64,000 nt of DNA from contig JBJEJU010000061.1 in NCBI GenBank assembly GCA_051878275.1, positions 890-64,889 on the forward strand, written 5' to 3'. The position numbers and the translations under genes were made by a program. Numbering within the stretch: position 1 is the first letter of the stretch; the number at the start of each line of letters is the position of its first letter. The notes under the pieces are model-generated. The model was not told the origin of the DNA. It ran no database searches and was given only the letters and a program-made list of their open reading frames with translations. Below, one piece after another: positions 19,226 to 30,557 of the stretch. Source of the DNA: Candidatus Cryptobacteroides sp. Lineage in GTDB: Bacteria > Bacteroidota > Bacteroidia > Bacteroidales > UBA932.

Positions 19226-20434
19226 TCAAGAAAGCCTCTGTTTTGCGTATTCGACCGTCAGATTGAATGTCTTTTTCCTCGAGGAAGGTGCATCAAACAT
19301 CGCGTCGGTCATGATCTTCTCGCAGATTGACCTCAAGCCGCGGGCCCCCAGGCCGTTGCTGATGGCCGTGTCCACAATCAGCTCCTTCACCCCGTCCTCA
19401 ATGACCAGCTTGATGCCGTCCATCTCAAACATCTTCTCGTACTGCTTGAGCACCGCATTCTTCGGCTCGGTAAGAATCCTCAGGAGGGCCTCCCTGTCAA
19501 GATGGTCAAGGTAGGTGATGACGGGCAGACGGCCGATAATCTCCGGGATGAGTCCATAGCCGCGGAGGTCCATCGCATCCACATACTGAAGGAGATTGTC
19601 CTTGTCGATTTTCTGCTTTTGGGCAGCCCCGAAACCGATCACCTGGGTATTGAGCCTCTGGGCAATCCTGCGCTCGATGCCTTCGAAGGCACCGCCGCAT
19701 ATGAAGAGGATATTCTGGGTATTGACGTGGATGAATTCCTGCTCCGGATGCTTCCTTCCCCCCTTCGGCGGCACATTGACGACATTGCCTTCGAGAAGCT
19801 TGAGCATAGCCTGCTGCACTCCCTCTCCCGACACGTCGCGGGTTATGGACGGATTGTCGCTCTTGCGCGCAATCTTGTCGATTTCATCGATGAAAACGAT
19901 TCCCCTTTCAGCCTTTGCAAGATCGAAATCAGCTTCCTGGAGCAGCCTGGTAAGGATGCTTTCCACATCTTCGCCCACATATCCGGCCTCAGTCAGGACT
20001 GTTGCGTCCACGATTGTGAAAGGCACGTCAAGAAGCCTGGCAATGGTCTTTGCAAGCAGGGTCTTTCCGCTTCCCGTAGGGCCGACCAGCAGGATATTGG
20101 ACTTTTCAAGCTCCACTCCGTCGTCCGGTCTGTCCACGAGATTGTGGTTGATGCGCTTGTAGTGGTTATAGACGGCTGTGGCAAGCACCTTCTTGGCCCT
20201 GTCCTGGCCGATTACGTACTGGTCGAGGAACTCCTTGATTTCCTTTGGCTTTGGCTGGCCCTCAATGCGTCCGGGCTGCGGTTTGGCCGTCCGTTCCACC
20301 TCCTCAAGATATTCGGAGGCAATCTTCACGCAGTCCGTGCAGATATAGCCCTCGATACCCTGGAGCAGAAACGGGACCTCATGCTCCGAACGGCCGCAGA
20401 ACATGCAGTGTTTGTCGGAAGTCTTCTTTGCCAT
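19226..20434 (-). CDS. clpX: ATP-dependent Clp protease ATP-binding subunit ClpX
   Basis: C4 zinc finger CMFC...[23 protein letters not shown] and IGF loop. Confidence 0.98.
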   Translation of the reverse strand: MAKKTSDKHCMFCGRSEHEVPFLLQGIEGYICTDCVKIASEYLEEVERTAKPQPGRIEGQPKPKEIKEFLDQYVIGQDRAKKVLATAVYNHYKRINHNLVDRPDDGVELEKSNILLVGPTGSGKTLLAKTIARLLDVPFTIVDATVLTEAGYVGEDVESILTRLLQEADFDLAKAERGIVFIDEIDKIARKSDNPSITRDVSGEGVQQAMLKLLEGNVVNVPPKGGRKHPEQEFIHVNTQNILFICGGAFEGIERRIAQRLNTQVIGFGAAQKQKIDKDNLLQYVDAMDLRGYGLIPEIIGRLPVITYLDHLDREALLRILTEPKNAVLKQYEKMFEMDGIKLVIEDGVKELIVDTAISNGLGARGLRSICEKIMTDAMFDAPSSRKKTFNLTVEYAKQRLS

Positions 20435-20436
20435 CG

Positions 20437-21105
20437 TTATGCCTTCTTGGAGAGAATTTCGTCAATCATGCCGTAGGCCTTTGCCTCCTGTGCGGTCATC
20501 CAGAAATCCCTGTCGCCGTCGGCGAAAACCTTGTCATAAGGCTGGCCGCTGTGGCTTGAGATGATGGTGTAGAGTTCCTCGCGGGTCTTCTCGATTTCCT
20601 TTGCGGCAATCAGTATGTCCGAAGCCTGTCCCTGGGCACCGCCGAGAGGCTGGTGGATGAGCACGCGCGAATGAGGAAGCGCCGAGCGCTTGCCCTTTGT
20701 GCCGGCGCAAAGGAGCACCGAACCCATCGAAGCCGCCATGCCCGTGCAGATTGTGGCAACGTCGCAGTCTATTATCTGCATGGTGTCATAGATTGCAAGA
20801 CCCGAGGACACCTGTCCCCCAGGAGTGTTGAGATAGAGCGAGATGTCGGCATTGCTGTCGTTGGACGCAAGGAAAAGAAGCTGCGCCATCACGATGTTGG
20901 CGACATCATCGTCAATAGGCACGCCGAGGAAGATGATGCGGTCCATCATGAGACGGCTGAACACATCCATCGACGCCACATTGAGCTTGCGTTCCTCTAT
21001 GATTGTAGGATTGATATACGAGTCGGACACTGCCTTCCCGAAACGGTCAAGGGTCGAGGAACTGATGCCACGACCCTTTACCGCGAATTTCTCGAATTCG
21101 CCCAT
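20437..21105 (-). CDS. clpP: Clp protease proteolytic subunit
   Basis: [26 protein letters not shown] and DRD. Confidence 0.98.
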   Translation of the reverse strand: MGEFEKFAVKGRGISSSTLDRFGKAVSDSYINPTIIEERKLNVASMDVFSRLMMDRIIFLGVPIDDDVANIVMAQLLFLASNDSNADISLYLNTPGGQVSSGLAIYDTMQIIDCDVATICTGMAASMGSVLLCAGTKGKRSALPHSRVLIHQPLGGAQGQASDILIAAKEIEKTREELYTIISSHSGQPYDKVFADGDRDFWMTAQEAKAYGMIDEILSKKA

Positions 21106-21109
21106 AATG

Positions 21110-22429
21110 CTATTTCAGTTCACGGAATTTCTCTACGCTGATCTCTTCTGTATTGAGAGACACATTCTCCTTGAGTGCGGAAATGACCTTCTGGTCCTCC
21201 ACGCTTTCATAGATCTGGCGGGACTGGCGCTCGTCCTTGAGGACATTCTGTGCAGCCTCGGTGAGCATGTCGTCAGGGACATTGCCGAGTCCGTACATTG
21301 CATACTGATATGCCACGAAGCCCTTTGCGGCATCCTCCATATCCTTCTGGGTGGTCTTGAGCTCATATTTGCCCATCACATAGTCGCGGATCATCTGCCA
21401 GCGGTAGTCCACGAGGAACTGCTCGAATTCGGCATCGATCTGCTCAGGGGTGAACTTGCCCTCGTTGATATGGAGAAGCCATCTCTTGAGGAATGCCTCC
21501 GGAAGGGAGATATTTGCCTTCTTGAGGAAGTAGTCCTTTACATCCTTTGAGAAACGGTAGTCGGCCTCCTGCCTGTAGTTCCCGGCAAGACGGTCAGCCA
21601 CAAACCGGTCAAACTCCTCCGGATTGTGCACCTTGTCGTCACCGCACATCTTGTCGTAGGTCTCCTGGTTCTCCTGTGCGTCCACGAAAGTCTTGACATT
21701 GAGGACGGTAACATTGAATACAGGATTGAGGCCGGCGAGCTCCTCTTTCTTTACCTTGAGCATGGCAGCCCTGTCGGACTCATTCTCAAATGCCTCATTG
21801 ACATTGATTTCAAACTTGTCGCCTGCCTTTGCGCCGAGGAACTTGGACTTTGACTCCCCTGCAACGCTGCGCACGGCCACATAGACATCATTAACGGTCT
21901 TGCCCTCATTCTCGAAGTCAACGACAAGGAAGTCCTCCTCGCCTGCGGCCTCGCCTTCCTGAAGGTCACCGAACTGGCGGAGCATATTCTTCTTCATCTC
22001 CTCCTTTGCCTCATCGGTCACGGTGATATTGTAGTAAACCACCTTGTCCTCATCCTTGGAAATGTTGAATGTGAGAGGCTCGGTGTGTGCGAGGTCAAAC
22101 TTGAATACGAAATCGTTGCCGCTCTTCCACTCGATTTCAGCCTGGTCCTCGGACTGGAGAGGCTCGCCGATGAAATTGAGCTTGCTGTCATTGATATATT
22201 TGCCGAGCGCATCCGAGAGGACGTGGTTGACAGCCTCAACGAGAGCCTGCTCGCCGTAAAGCCTCTGGATAAGGCTCATAGGTGCCATTCCCTTGCGGAA
22301 TCCCTTGAGCTCGGCCCTGTTCTTCTGCTTCCTGAGGAAGTCATTTTCCGCCTTCTGGTAATCCGCGGCGGTGATGCTGATTTCGACTTTAAGATTGAGA
22401 GCGTCGATTCTTGTGTCTAAAATGTTCAT
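21110..22429 (-). CDS. tig: Trigger factor
   Basis: GFRKGMAP ribosome-binding motif and tig-clpP-clpX order. A -7 box TATATTTG lies at 22476-22483. Confidence 0.93.
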   Translation of the reverse strand: MNILDTRIDALNLKVEISITAADYQKAENDFLRKQKNRAELKGFRKGMAPMSLIQRLYGEQALVEAVNHVLSDALGKYINDSKLNFIGEPLQSEDQAEIEWKSGNDFVFKFDLAHTEPLTFNISKDEDKVVYYNITVTDEAKEEMKKNMLRQFGDLQEGEAAGEEDFLVVDFENEGKTVNDVYVAVRSVAGESKSKFLGAKAGDKFEINVNEAFENESDRAAMLKVKKEELAGLNPVFNVTVLNVKTFVDAQENQETYDKMCGDDKVHNPEEFDRFVADRLAGNYRQEADYRFSKDVKDYFLKKANISLPEAFLKRWLLHINEGKFTPEQIDAEFEQFLVDYRWQMIRDYVMGKYELKTTQKDMEDAAKGFVAYQYAMYGLGNVPDDMLTEAAQNVLKDERQSRQIYESVEDQKVISALKENVSLNTEEISVEKFRELK

Positions 22430-22506
22430 TTTTTATCTGTTTATATTTTATTTTCCTGTTTTGGGCAATAGCTTGCAAATATAAGCAATATTCCCCAATT
22501 AATCAA

Positions 22507-24555
22507 TTACCTCACCCGCTTCGGATACTGAATCCTTTCGTGATAGATCTGGGCAAGATATGATTTGAGCACAGTCTTGAGCCTGCCGAGGTCGCGGAGG
22601 GATATGTCGGAGTCGTCAAACTGCCCCTCGTCCATCTTTGAGGCCACTATCCGGTCCACAAAAGCATCCAAAGTCTCCTGGTCGTAGCTTTTGAGAGTCC
22701 TCGATGCAGCCTCGAGAGTATCGCAGAGCATCACGATGATCTGCTCCTTGCTCTTCGGCTTCGGGCCCGGATAACGGAAATCGGATGCATTTTCCGGATC
22801 CCCGCCATCATTGATGTACCTGTTGTAGAAATATCCGGTACAAGTGGTTCCGTGATGGGTAACGATAAAATCCTTTACAACCTGCGGAAGATTGTATTTG
22901 TCCGCAAGCGCCATTCCGTCAGTGACGTGGCGTATGATTTCCTTTGCGCTTTCCTGCGGGGAGAGTCCCTCGTGATAATTTGCTCCCGGAGCGGCATTCT
23001 CCACAAAGCACTGGGGGTTGCTGATTTTGCCGATATCGTGATAGAGCGAGCCTGCGCGGGCCAGAAGCACGTTGGCACCTATTGCATCAGCCGCGGCGTC
23101 GGACATATTCATCACCTGGAGGCAATGTTGGAATGTTCCCGGAGCCTTTGCCGCCATCTCCTTGAGGAGTTTGTTGCCGTTGGTGTCACAAAGCTCGAGA
23201 AGTCTTGAGTTGGACACAAGAGAGAATACCTTTTCGAACAGATAAATCAGCGGATAGCCGGCAACGGACAGCAGCGAGCCCAGCAGGAGGTACAGGATCC
23301 TGTGATTACCCGTAAGATCCGTGAAATTGTGGAGGAGGCAGAATGCGAGGAATGTCAGCAGCAGGGCAGCAAATGCTATCAGCGCTGTGACAAACTGCAT
23401 CCATCCCTTGTTGAAATACTGGAAGACATACATCGTCACTATACCCGCCACAAGATACATCACAAACAGCTCCACACCGTTGTGGGCCACAATGAGAAGC
23501 GGGATGAGGGAGATCGTATAGACCGGCATCACCACCCTCTTGCGGAAGAAAGCCAGGAGATAGAGTGCCGTGAGAGTAAACGGCGTCATATACAGGAGGT
23601 CAGGGTTGTGCCCCTCCACAAATACCGCAGCGGCCGCCGCAATCCAGAAAACCAGCAGCAGATAGACAAAGCGGTTGAACTCGTCGAAGATGTACTGGTT
23701 GGTGTAATAAAGGGAAAGGAAAAGCACCAGCACCAGCAGAAGCGAGATAAGGATATTGCCAACCCACATCAATGCCACAGGGCCTCCGTACCCCAGCGAA
23801 TTCTCATACTCGGCCTTGTATGAATCAAGCATTTGCGCGATTTCGGAAGTCACGATTTCGCCCTTTTCCACAATCATTGTCCCCGCGGAGACCACGCCCA
23901 TAGTCGGGGAGATGAAATCGGCAGTCTCGGCGTGGACCAGCTCGGTCGTCTCCCTGTCGAATATCAGGTTCGGGACAATGGCATCATAGGCCCCGCAGGT
24001 CTCCACGAAAGAGTCAACCCTCAACGCCTCGAAAGACGTGTCCATGGCCCTTCCGACATCCGAGAGGAGCTGCGCCCTTGCTGAAGAAACCGTATAAACC
24101 TCTGATGCAGGCACCTTTGAGGCACGTTTGTCCTTTTGGACAAAGATGACTTTCCCCGATTCCGGGCCGGCAAGGGATGATGCGTTTTCATCGGAAAGCA
24201 CACCCTTCGAGTAGATGGCCGACAGCGAATTGAGAATGGCGGACTTCAATCCGGGATAGCTGTCAACCTGGAGATTTTCGGCTATGTCGATTCCCCTGCG
24301 GGATTCGGTCTGGGAAAACCTGAAATACGGGATGACACTTTCCCCGGCCGCTTCCATCTCCCTGCGGATCTGTTCCTCGGTCTTGAGAATCGGAAAATCG
24401 AACTGTGCGACAAAAGTCTCATATGTCCACGGCGAGCCCTTGCGGTAGTTGTAGTTGAATTTTCCGTTTCGCGGCAGAATCGCAATCAGGAGAACCCAAA
24501 GTACCACAAGTGAAAGGTAAATCTTCAGATCGGACGGAAGCTTCTTGTTGTTCAT
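22507..24555 (-). CDS. 7TM-HD phosphohydrolase (PgpH-like c-di-AMP phosphodiesterase family)
   Basis: N-terminal TM, extracytoplasmic domain, TM bundle, then APGTFQH, YHDIGK, FVEN, HVTDG, HHGT, FRYPGPKP and DTLEAASR. Confidence 0.88.
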   Translation of the reverse strand: MNNKKLPSDLKIYLSLVVLWVLLIAILPRNGKFNYNYRKGSPWTYETFVAQFDFPILKTEEQIRREMEAAGESVIPYFRFSQTESRRGIDIAENLQVDSYPGLKSAILNSLSAIYSKGVLSDENASSLAGPESGKVIFVQKDKRASKVPASEVYTVSSARAQLLSDVGRAMDTSFEALRVDSFVETCGAYDAIVPNLIFDRETTELVHAETADFISPTMGVVSAGTMIVEKGEIVTSEIAQMLDSYKAEYENSLGYGGPVALMWVGNILISLLLVLVLFLSLYYTNQYIFDEFNRFVYLLLVFWIAAAAAVFVEGHNPDLLYMTPFTLTALYLLAFFRKRVVMPVYTISLIPLLIVAHNGVELFVMYLVAGIVTMYVFQYFNKGWMQFVTALIAFAALLLTFLAFCLLHNFTDLTGNHRILYLLLGSLLSVAGYPLIYLFEKVFSLVSNSRLLELCDTNGNKLLKEMAAKAPGTFQHCLQVMNMSDAAADAIGANVLLARAGSLYHDIGKISNPQCFVENAAPGANYHEGLSPQESAKEIIRHVTDGMALADKYNLPQVVKDFIVTHHGTTCTGYFYNRYINDGGDPENASDFRYPGPKPKSKEQIIVMLCDTLEAASRTLKSYDQETLDAFVDRIVASKMDEGQFDDSDISLRDLGRLKTVLKSYLAQIYHERIQYPKRVR

Positions 24556-24564
24556 GGCTTGACT

Positions 24565-25386
24565 CTATTTGAACGGGCTGTCTTTTTCTCTTGCTATGTA
24601 TTTGTATGTCAGACGGTCCGTCAGGTTCGGGAAATTGTTGTGGGCCCACACGGTCAGTTTTCCGAGAGCCGTGAGCGTGACACTGCTCCTGCGTCTTGCG
24701 AGAGCCTTTGCAAGATGGAGGGCACAGGTCTCGGCGCTCATCAGGCTGCCTTCGTCAAGCGGAGTCTCGCCCTGGGGATGGCCATTGGCATCAAGGGCGG
24801 CATTCCGGACATTGGAGGCAGTATATCCCGGAGCGAAGACAAGGACGTGGAGGCCGTCGTGGAGATGCTCTATGCGGAGAGTGTCGAGAAAGCCCCGCAC
24901 TGCATATTTCGAGCAGCTGTAGCCGGTACGTGCCGGGAGGGCTGAATAGCCCGCCACCGATATCACGCCCACCACACTGCCCTTCGCCTGGAGAAGCCAC
25001 GGAAGGGCATACTTGGTGCAATACACCGTGCCCCAGAAGTTTACGTCCATAAGCGACTTGATGACGCCGAGGTCAAGGTCTTTGAACATCGCCCTCATCG
25101 AAATCCCCGCATTGTTGACAAGGATGTCGATGCGTCCAAACCTCTCCACAGTCTTTTCAATCAAGGCCTTGCAGTCTTCTTCGGAAGTGACGTCGGTTTT
25201 GACGCACAATACCGCCGAAGCGTCTCCGGACACGGAAGGAGCAAGATTTTCAAGCACTTCGAGCCTGCGTGCGGCCATCACGACCTTTGCACCGAGGGAC
25301 CCGAATAATCGGGCTGAAGCCAACCCGATTCCCGAGCTGGCTCCAGTCACTATGATAACCTTGTCCTTGAAGCAGTCAAACTTCAT
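24565..25386 (-). CDS. SDR oxidoreductase (candidate 3-ketocapnine reductase)
   Basis: TGASSGIG, NNAG and YSCSK. Starts 9 nt after the acyltransferase gene. The specific function is inferred from context only. Confidence 0.85.
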   Translation of the reverse strand: MKFDCFKDKVIIVTGASSGIGLASARLFGSLGAKVVMAARRLEVLENLAPSVSGDASAVLCVKTDVTSEEDCKALIEKTVERFGRIDILVNNAGISMRAMFKDLDLGVIKSLMDVNFWGTVYCTKYALPWLLQAKGSVVGVISVAGYSALPARTGYSCSKYAVRGFLDTLRIEHLHDGLHVLVFAPGYTASNVRNAALDANGHPQGETPLDEGSLMSAETCALHLAKALARRRSSVTLTALGKLTVWAHNNFPNLTDRLTYKYIAREKDSPFK

Positions 25387-25395
25387 AACACGGTA

Positions 25396-26658
25396 CTATT
25401 CTATGGTCATTGCAGCAATGTCGTCGCCGTCGTAGGCACCTGCATCGAGCTTTTTCTTGATTTCCTTGAAAGCCTTCAGGGTGTATTCCACATCCTCCAT
25501 CGTATGTGCTGCGGTAGATACGATCCTGAAGATGATCATTCCCTTAGGGATGACCGGATAGATGACCATCGAGCAGAAAATCCTGTAGTTCTCACGAAGG
25601 TCCTTCGCCATCTTTGTAGCCTGTGCAACGCCGCCCTTGATATGGACAGGGGTCACGCATGCCTCGGCCTCGCCGATGTCGAATCCCTCCTCCTTGAAGC
25701 CCTGCTGGATGGCACGGGTAATCTGCCAGCACTTTTTGCGGAGCTCGTCGCCTTCAGGAGAATCGATGATCTCCATCCTCTTGATGTTGCCCAGCACGAG
25801 GGCCATCGGAAGGGACTTGGCATACATCTGTGAGCGCATATTGGCGCGGAGATAGTTGATGATCACATGTGGACCGGCGATGAATCCGCCGATTGAAGCC
25901 ATGCTCTTTGCGAATGCCCCGATATAGAGGTCGATGTCGTCCATCACCCCGAAATGCTCGGATGTGCCGCGTCCGTGCTCTCCGAGAAGGCCGAATCCGT
26001 GGGCGTCGTCGATCATTATGCGGAAATTGTACTTCTTCTTGAGGGCCACGATGCCGTCAAGCTTTCCGAGGGCACCGGTCATTCCATACACGCCCTCGGT
26101 GATGAGGAGCACTCCGCCGCCGTTGGCGTCAGCCTCGGCACATGCACGTGCAAGCACCTTGTCGCAGTCGGCAATGTCGTTGTGGCGGTATTTGTATTTG
26201 CTTCCGATATGCAGCCTGATACCGTCGAGAAGGCAGGCGTGGCACTCAGCATCATAGACGATGACATCGTGGCGTGCGGTAAGGGCGTCAATTGCCGATA
26301 CAATGCCCTGATAGCCGAAGTTGAACAGGAATGCATCCTCTTTCTTCTCGAAATCAGCGAAAATTTTCTCGAGTCTCTCGTGGTTGCGGGTGTGTCCGGA
26401 CATCATCCTGGCACCCATCGGATAGGCAAGGCCCCACTGTGCGGCAGCCTCTGCGTCAGCCTTGCGGACTTCCGGATGGTTTGCGAGTCCGAGGTAGTTG
26501 TTGAGGCTCCAGTTGAGCACAGGAATGCCGTTGAAAATCATATGAGGGCCGAGCTCACCCTCAAGACGCGGATACATATAGTAGCCGAAAGCCTTGTCGA
26601 AATACTGGCCGATAGGGCCGCCCGAATCCCTGGCGATTCTGTCGAAAATGTCTGTCAT
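25396..26658 (-). CDS. PLP alpha-oxoamine synthase, cysteate acyltransferase (SulA/CapB type)
   Basis: NNYLGL, HAC, DDAHG, PLP lysine in AFAKS (K251). Has SQMYAKSLP (K281) where SPT/KBL/BioF have FSxS. N-terminus DIFxRI...GGPIGQY resembles Alistipes SulA as recalled. Confidence 0.8.
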   Translation of the reverse strand: MTDIFDRIARDSGGPIGQYFDKAFGYYMYPRLEGELGPHMIFNGIPVLNWSLNNYLGLANHPEVRKADAEAAAQWGLAYPMGARMMSGHTRNHERLEKIFADFEKKEDAFLFNFGYQGIVSAIDALTARHDVIVYDAECHACLLDGIRLHIGSKYKYRHNDIADCDKVLARACAEADANGGGVLLITEGVYGMTGALGKLDGIVALKKKYNFRIMIDDAHGFGLLGEHGRGTSEHFGVMDDIDLYIGAFAKSMASIGGFIAGPHVIINYLRANMRSQMYAKSLPMALVLGNIKRMEIIDSPEGDELRKKCWQITRAIQQGFKEEGFDIGEAEACVTPVHIKGGVAQATKMAKDLRENYRIFCSMVIYPVIPKGMIIFRIVSTAAHTMEDVEYTLKAFKEIKKKLDAGAYDGDDIAAMTIE

Positions 26659-26670
26659 ATGCGTAAATGT

Positions 26671-28680
<2,010 letters not shown>

Positions 28681-28764
28681 CTAAATTATTTCGTATTTAC
28701 CATAAACATACAAAAATACGAAAAAAATCCGAAAACTCCAATCGGAATATATGAAATAGCCTGC

Positions 28765-30552
28765 CTACAACTGCCAGACAAGCCCTGCACTTGCGCTTAT
28801 GCCCCTTTCCGCATAGAGAGGGACTCTCTGGATGGAGGCGTTGAGGAGATTTGCCCCGCGCAGGAATACGGAAAAATTGCGGTTGACCACATACTCGGCA
28901 TAAAGGCCCAGGTCGAAATAACCGGGCACGGATGCCGTGGACAAATCTTCTGAAGCAGGAAGCAGAGGATTGGGCCTGCCCTCCCTCTTCGAAGCGAAAG
29001 CGCCATAAACATAAACCTTTATGCGCTCATTGTAGTTGTAGCCGACGCGGGCGGACCCGGTAAATGCCGAAGGAGCGATGCCGGTGGCGCCGTCGGCAAG
29101 AATCGTATGGTTCCAGAGGAAAGCCAGGTCAACGGACACAGGCTTCCGGTCATAACCGGCTTTAAATCCGGCATATACCCTCTGATAGTCGGAATAGGAT
29201 ACGCACGGGAGGAGCCCGTCGGCATAGTTCCCGGTAAGCGAAGCCCCGGTAACGGATTCCATAAAGCCGTTGCTTACAGTCGAATAGCCTGCTGCAGCAT
29301 CGAAACGGAACACCGAGGCGATATTGCCGCGGAAGCCGCCGCGGATATGGAATTTTTCATCAGAATTGTCAAGAAGGGTACCCGCATTGCCCGGATATGA
29401 AGGGTTCAGGAAATGGTACCGTTCCTTGAGTGCCGCATAGGAATTGACGGTCTCTCCGCCGGTGACATCGGCATAGACGTTGAGACAGTCCCTGACAATT
29501 GTGTATGATGCGTGGATGTCGGGATAGATGCCCTGGATGCCCCTTGAGCCGAGCAAGGCTGAATCACCGCTTGACGAAATGAAAGGAATCCTCACCCCCA
29601 GCGACAGGAAAGCATTGCGGGACTCAATGACATATTTGGGCAGGAGGTACCAGTCAAGCACCTGGGCGTCGAAAAGCTTGCCGTAATCGTGGAGATTGAG
29701 TCCGAATGCCACAAGCAGCCTGTTGGCTCCGGCAGAATGGCCGACAAAGCCGCTGAGGCCGATGTCATTGGTCATGACGCAGGAGTACGGCGCATCTCCG
29801 GACAGCTGCCTGAAATCGTCCTGACCGTGGCTGTAGCTTACCGAGAGGTCATAGACAAACTTCTTCTGCGGTACATTCTTCGAGAACACCCGGAAATCTG
29901 CACTGGCGCTGTTCCAGTTGGTCGCGGTCCACATTGACTTTGTGTTGAGTCCCCGCCACTGCGCTCCGAACGACAAAGCGCCCGATTTCCAGTCATACCT
30001 TGAGGAAAAGCCTGCACGGGATGAAAAATCATAGCCTGAGGTACAGTCCTCCGCGTACGGGGAAGCCTGCACGGACCCGTCGGTCACAGGCACAAGGGAG
30101 AAATCCGCCGCCCCGCCACCTTGGGGCACAGCACATATATTGCGGTAATCGCCATAGTATGAGTCAGTTGAAGCAAAGACATCCAGCTTGAAACTGCGCT
30201 TTTCAACCGGGGACCATACAAAATCCACCACCGGATTGAGGGCATATCCGGCAGAAGCCTTGAGATACATCCTGCGCCCCCTGTAGGAATCCGCCTCCGG
30301 CCTCATGTCCATCAGGTACGGCGCGAAATCATATCCGCCGCCATAGCGGGTGCTGAACACTGAGTAATCATATTCCAGGTCAAATTTCAGAAGGGAGTCC
30401 GGGACATCCATCTTAACGGTCTGTTTGTCCGACTCCAGCAGCTTGCCCTCAAATGCATTGGTGATTTCCACCGTAGGATTGAGGTTCTGCGAAAAAGCCT
30501 GTATTGCTGCAAAAGCCGCCGCAGCGGCAATGAGTATCTTTTTTCCGTCCAT
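28765..30552 (-). CDS. Outer-membrane beta-barrel protein (TonB-receptor-like barrel, no obvious plug)
   Basis: Signal peptide and C-terminal FDLGLYAEY...SVFLRGANLLN...GLVWQL. Starts 5 nt after the TPR gene. Confidence 0.75.
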   Translation of the reverse strand: MDGKKILIAAAAAFAAIQAFSQNLNPTVEITNAFEGKLLESDKQTVKMDVPDSLLKFDLEYDYSVFSTRYGGGYDFAPYLMDMRPEADSYRGRRMYLKASAGYALNPVVDFVWSPVEKRSFKLDVFASTDSYYGDYRNICAVPQGGGAADFSLVPVTDGSVQASPYAEDCTSGYDFSSRAGFSSRYDWKSGALSFGAQWRGLNTKSMWTATNWNSASADFRVFSKNVPQKKFVYDLSVSYSHGQDDFRQLSGDAPYSCVMTNDIGLSGFVGHSAGANRLLVAFGLNLHDYGKLFDAQVLDWYLLPKYVIESRNAFLSLGVRIPFISSSGDSALLGSRGIQGIYPDIHASYTIVRDCLNVYADVTGGETVNSYAALKERYHFLNPSYPGNAGTLLDNSDEKFHIRGGFRGNIASVFRFDAAAGYSTVSNGFMESVTGASLTGNYADGLLPCVSYSDYQRVYAGFKAGYDRKPVSVDLAFLWNHTILADGATGIAPSAFTGSARVGYNYNERIKVYVYGAFASKREGRPNPLLPASEDLSTASVPGYFDLGLYAEYVVNRNFSVFLRGANLLNASIQRVPLYAERGISASAGLVWQL

Positions 30553-30557
30553 AGTAA

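Noticed and set aside
25396-26658. Serine palmitoyltransferase, BioF or Kbl call
   Set aside because: The YAKS loop with Lys281 and the N-terminus fit the cysteate acyltransferase clade better; not excluded without a phylogeny.
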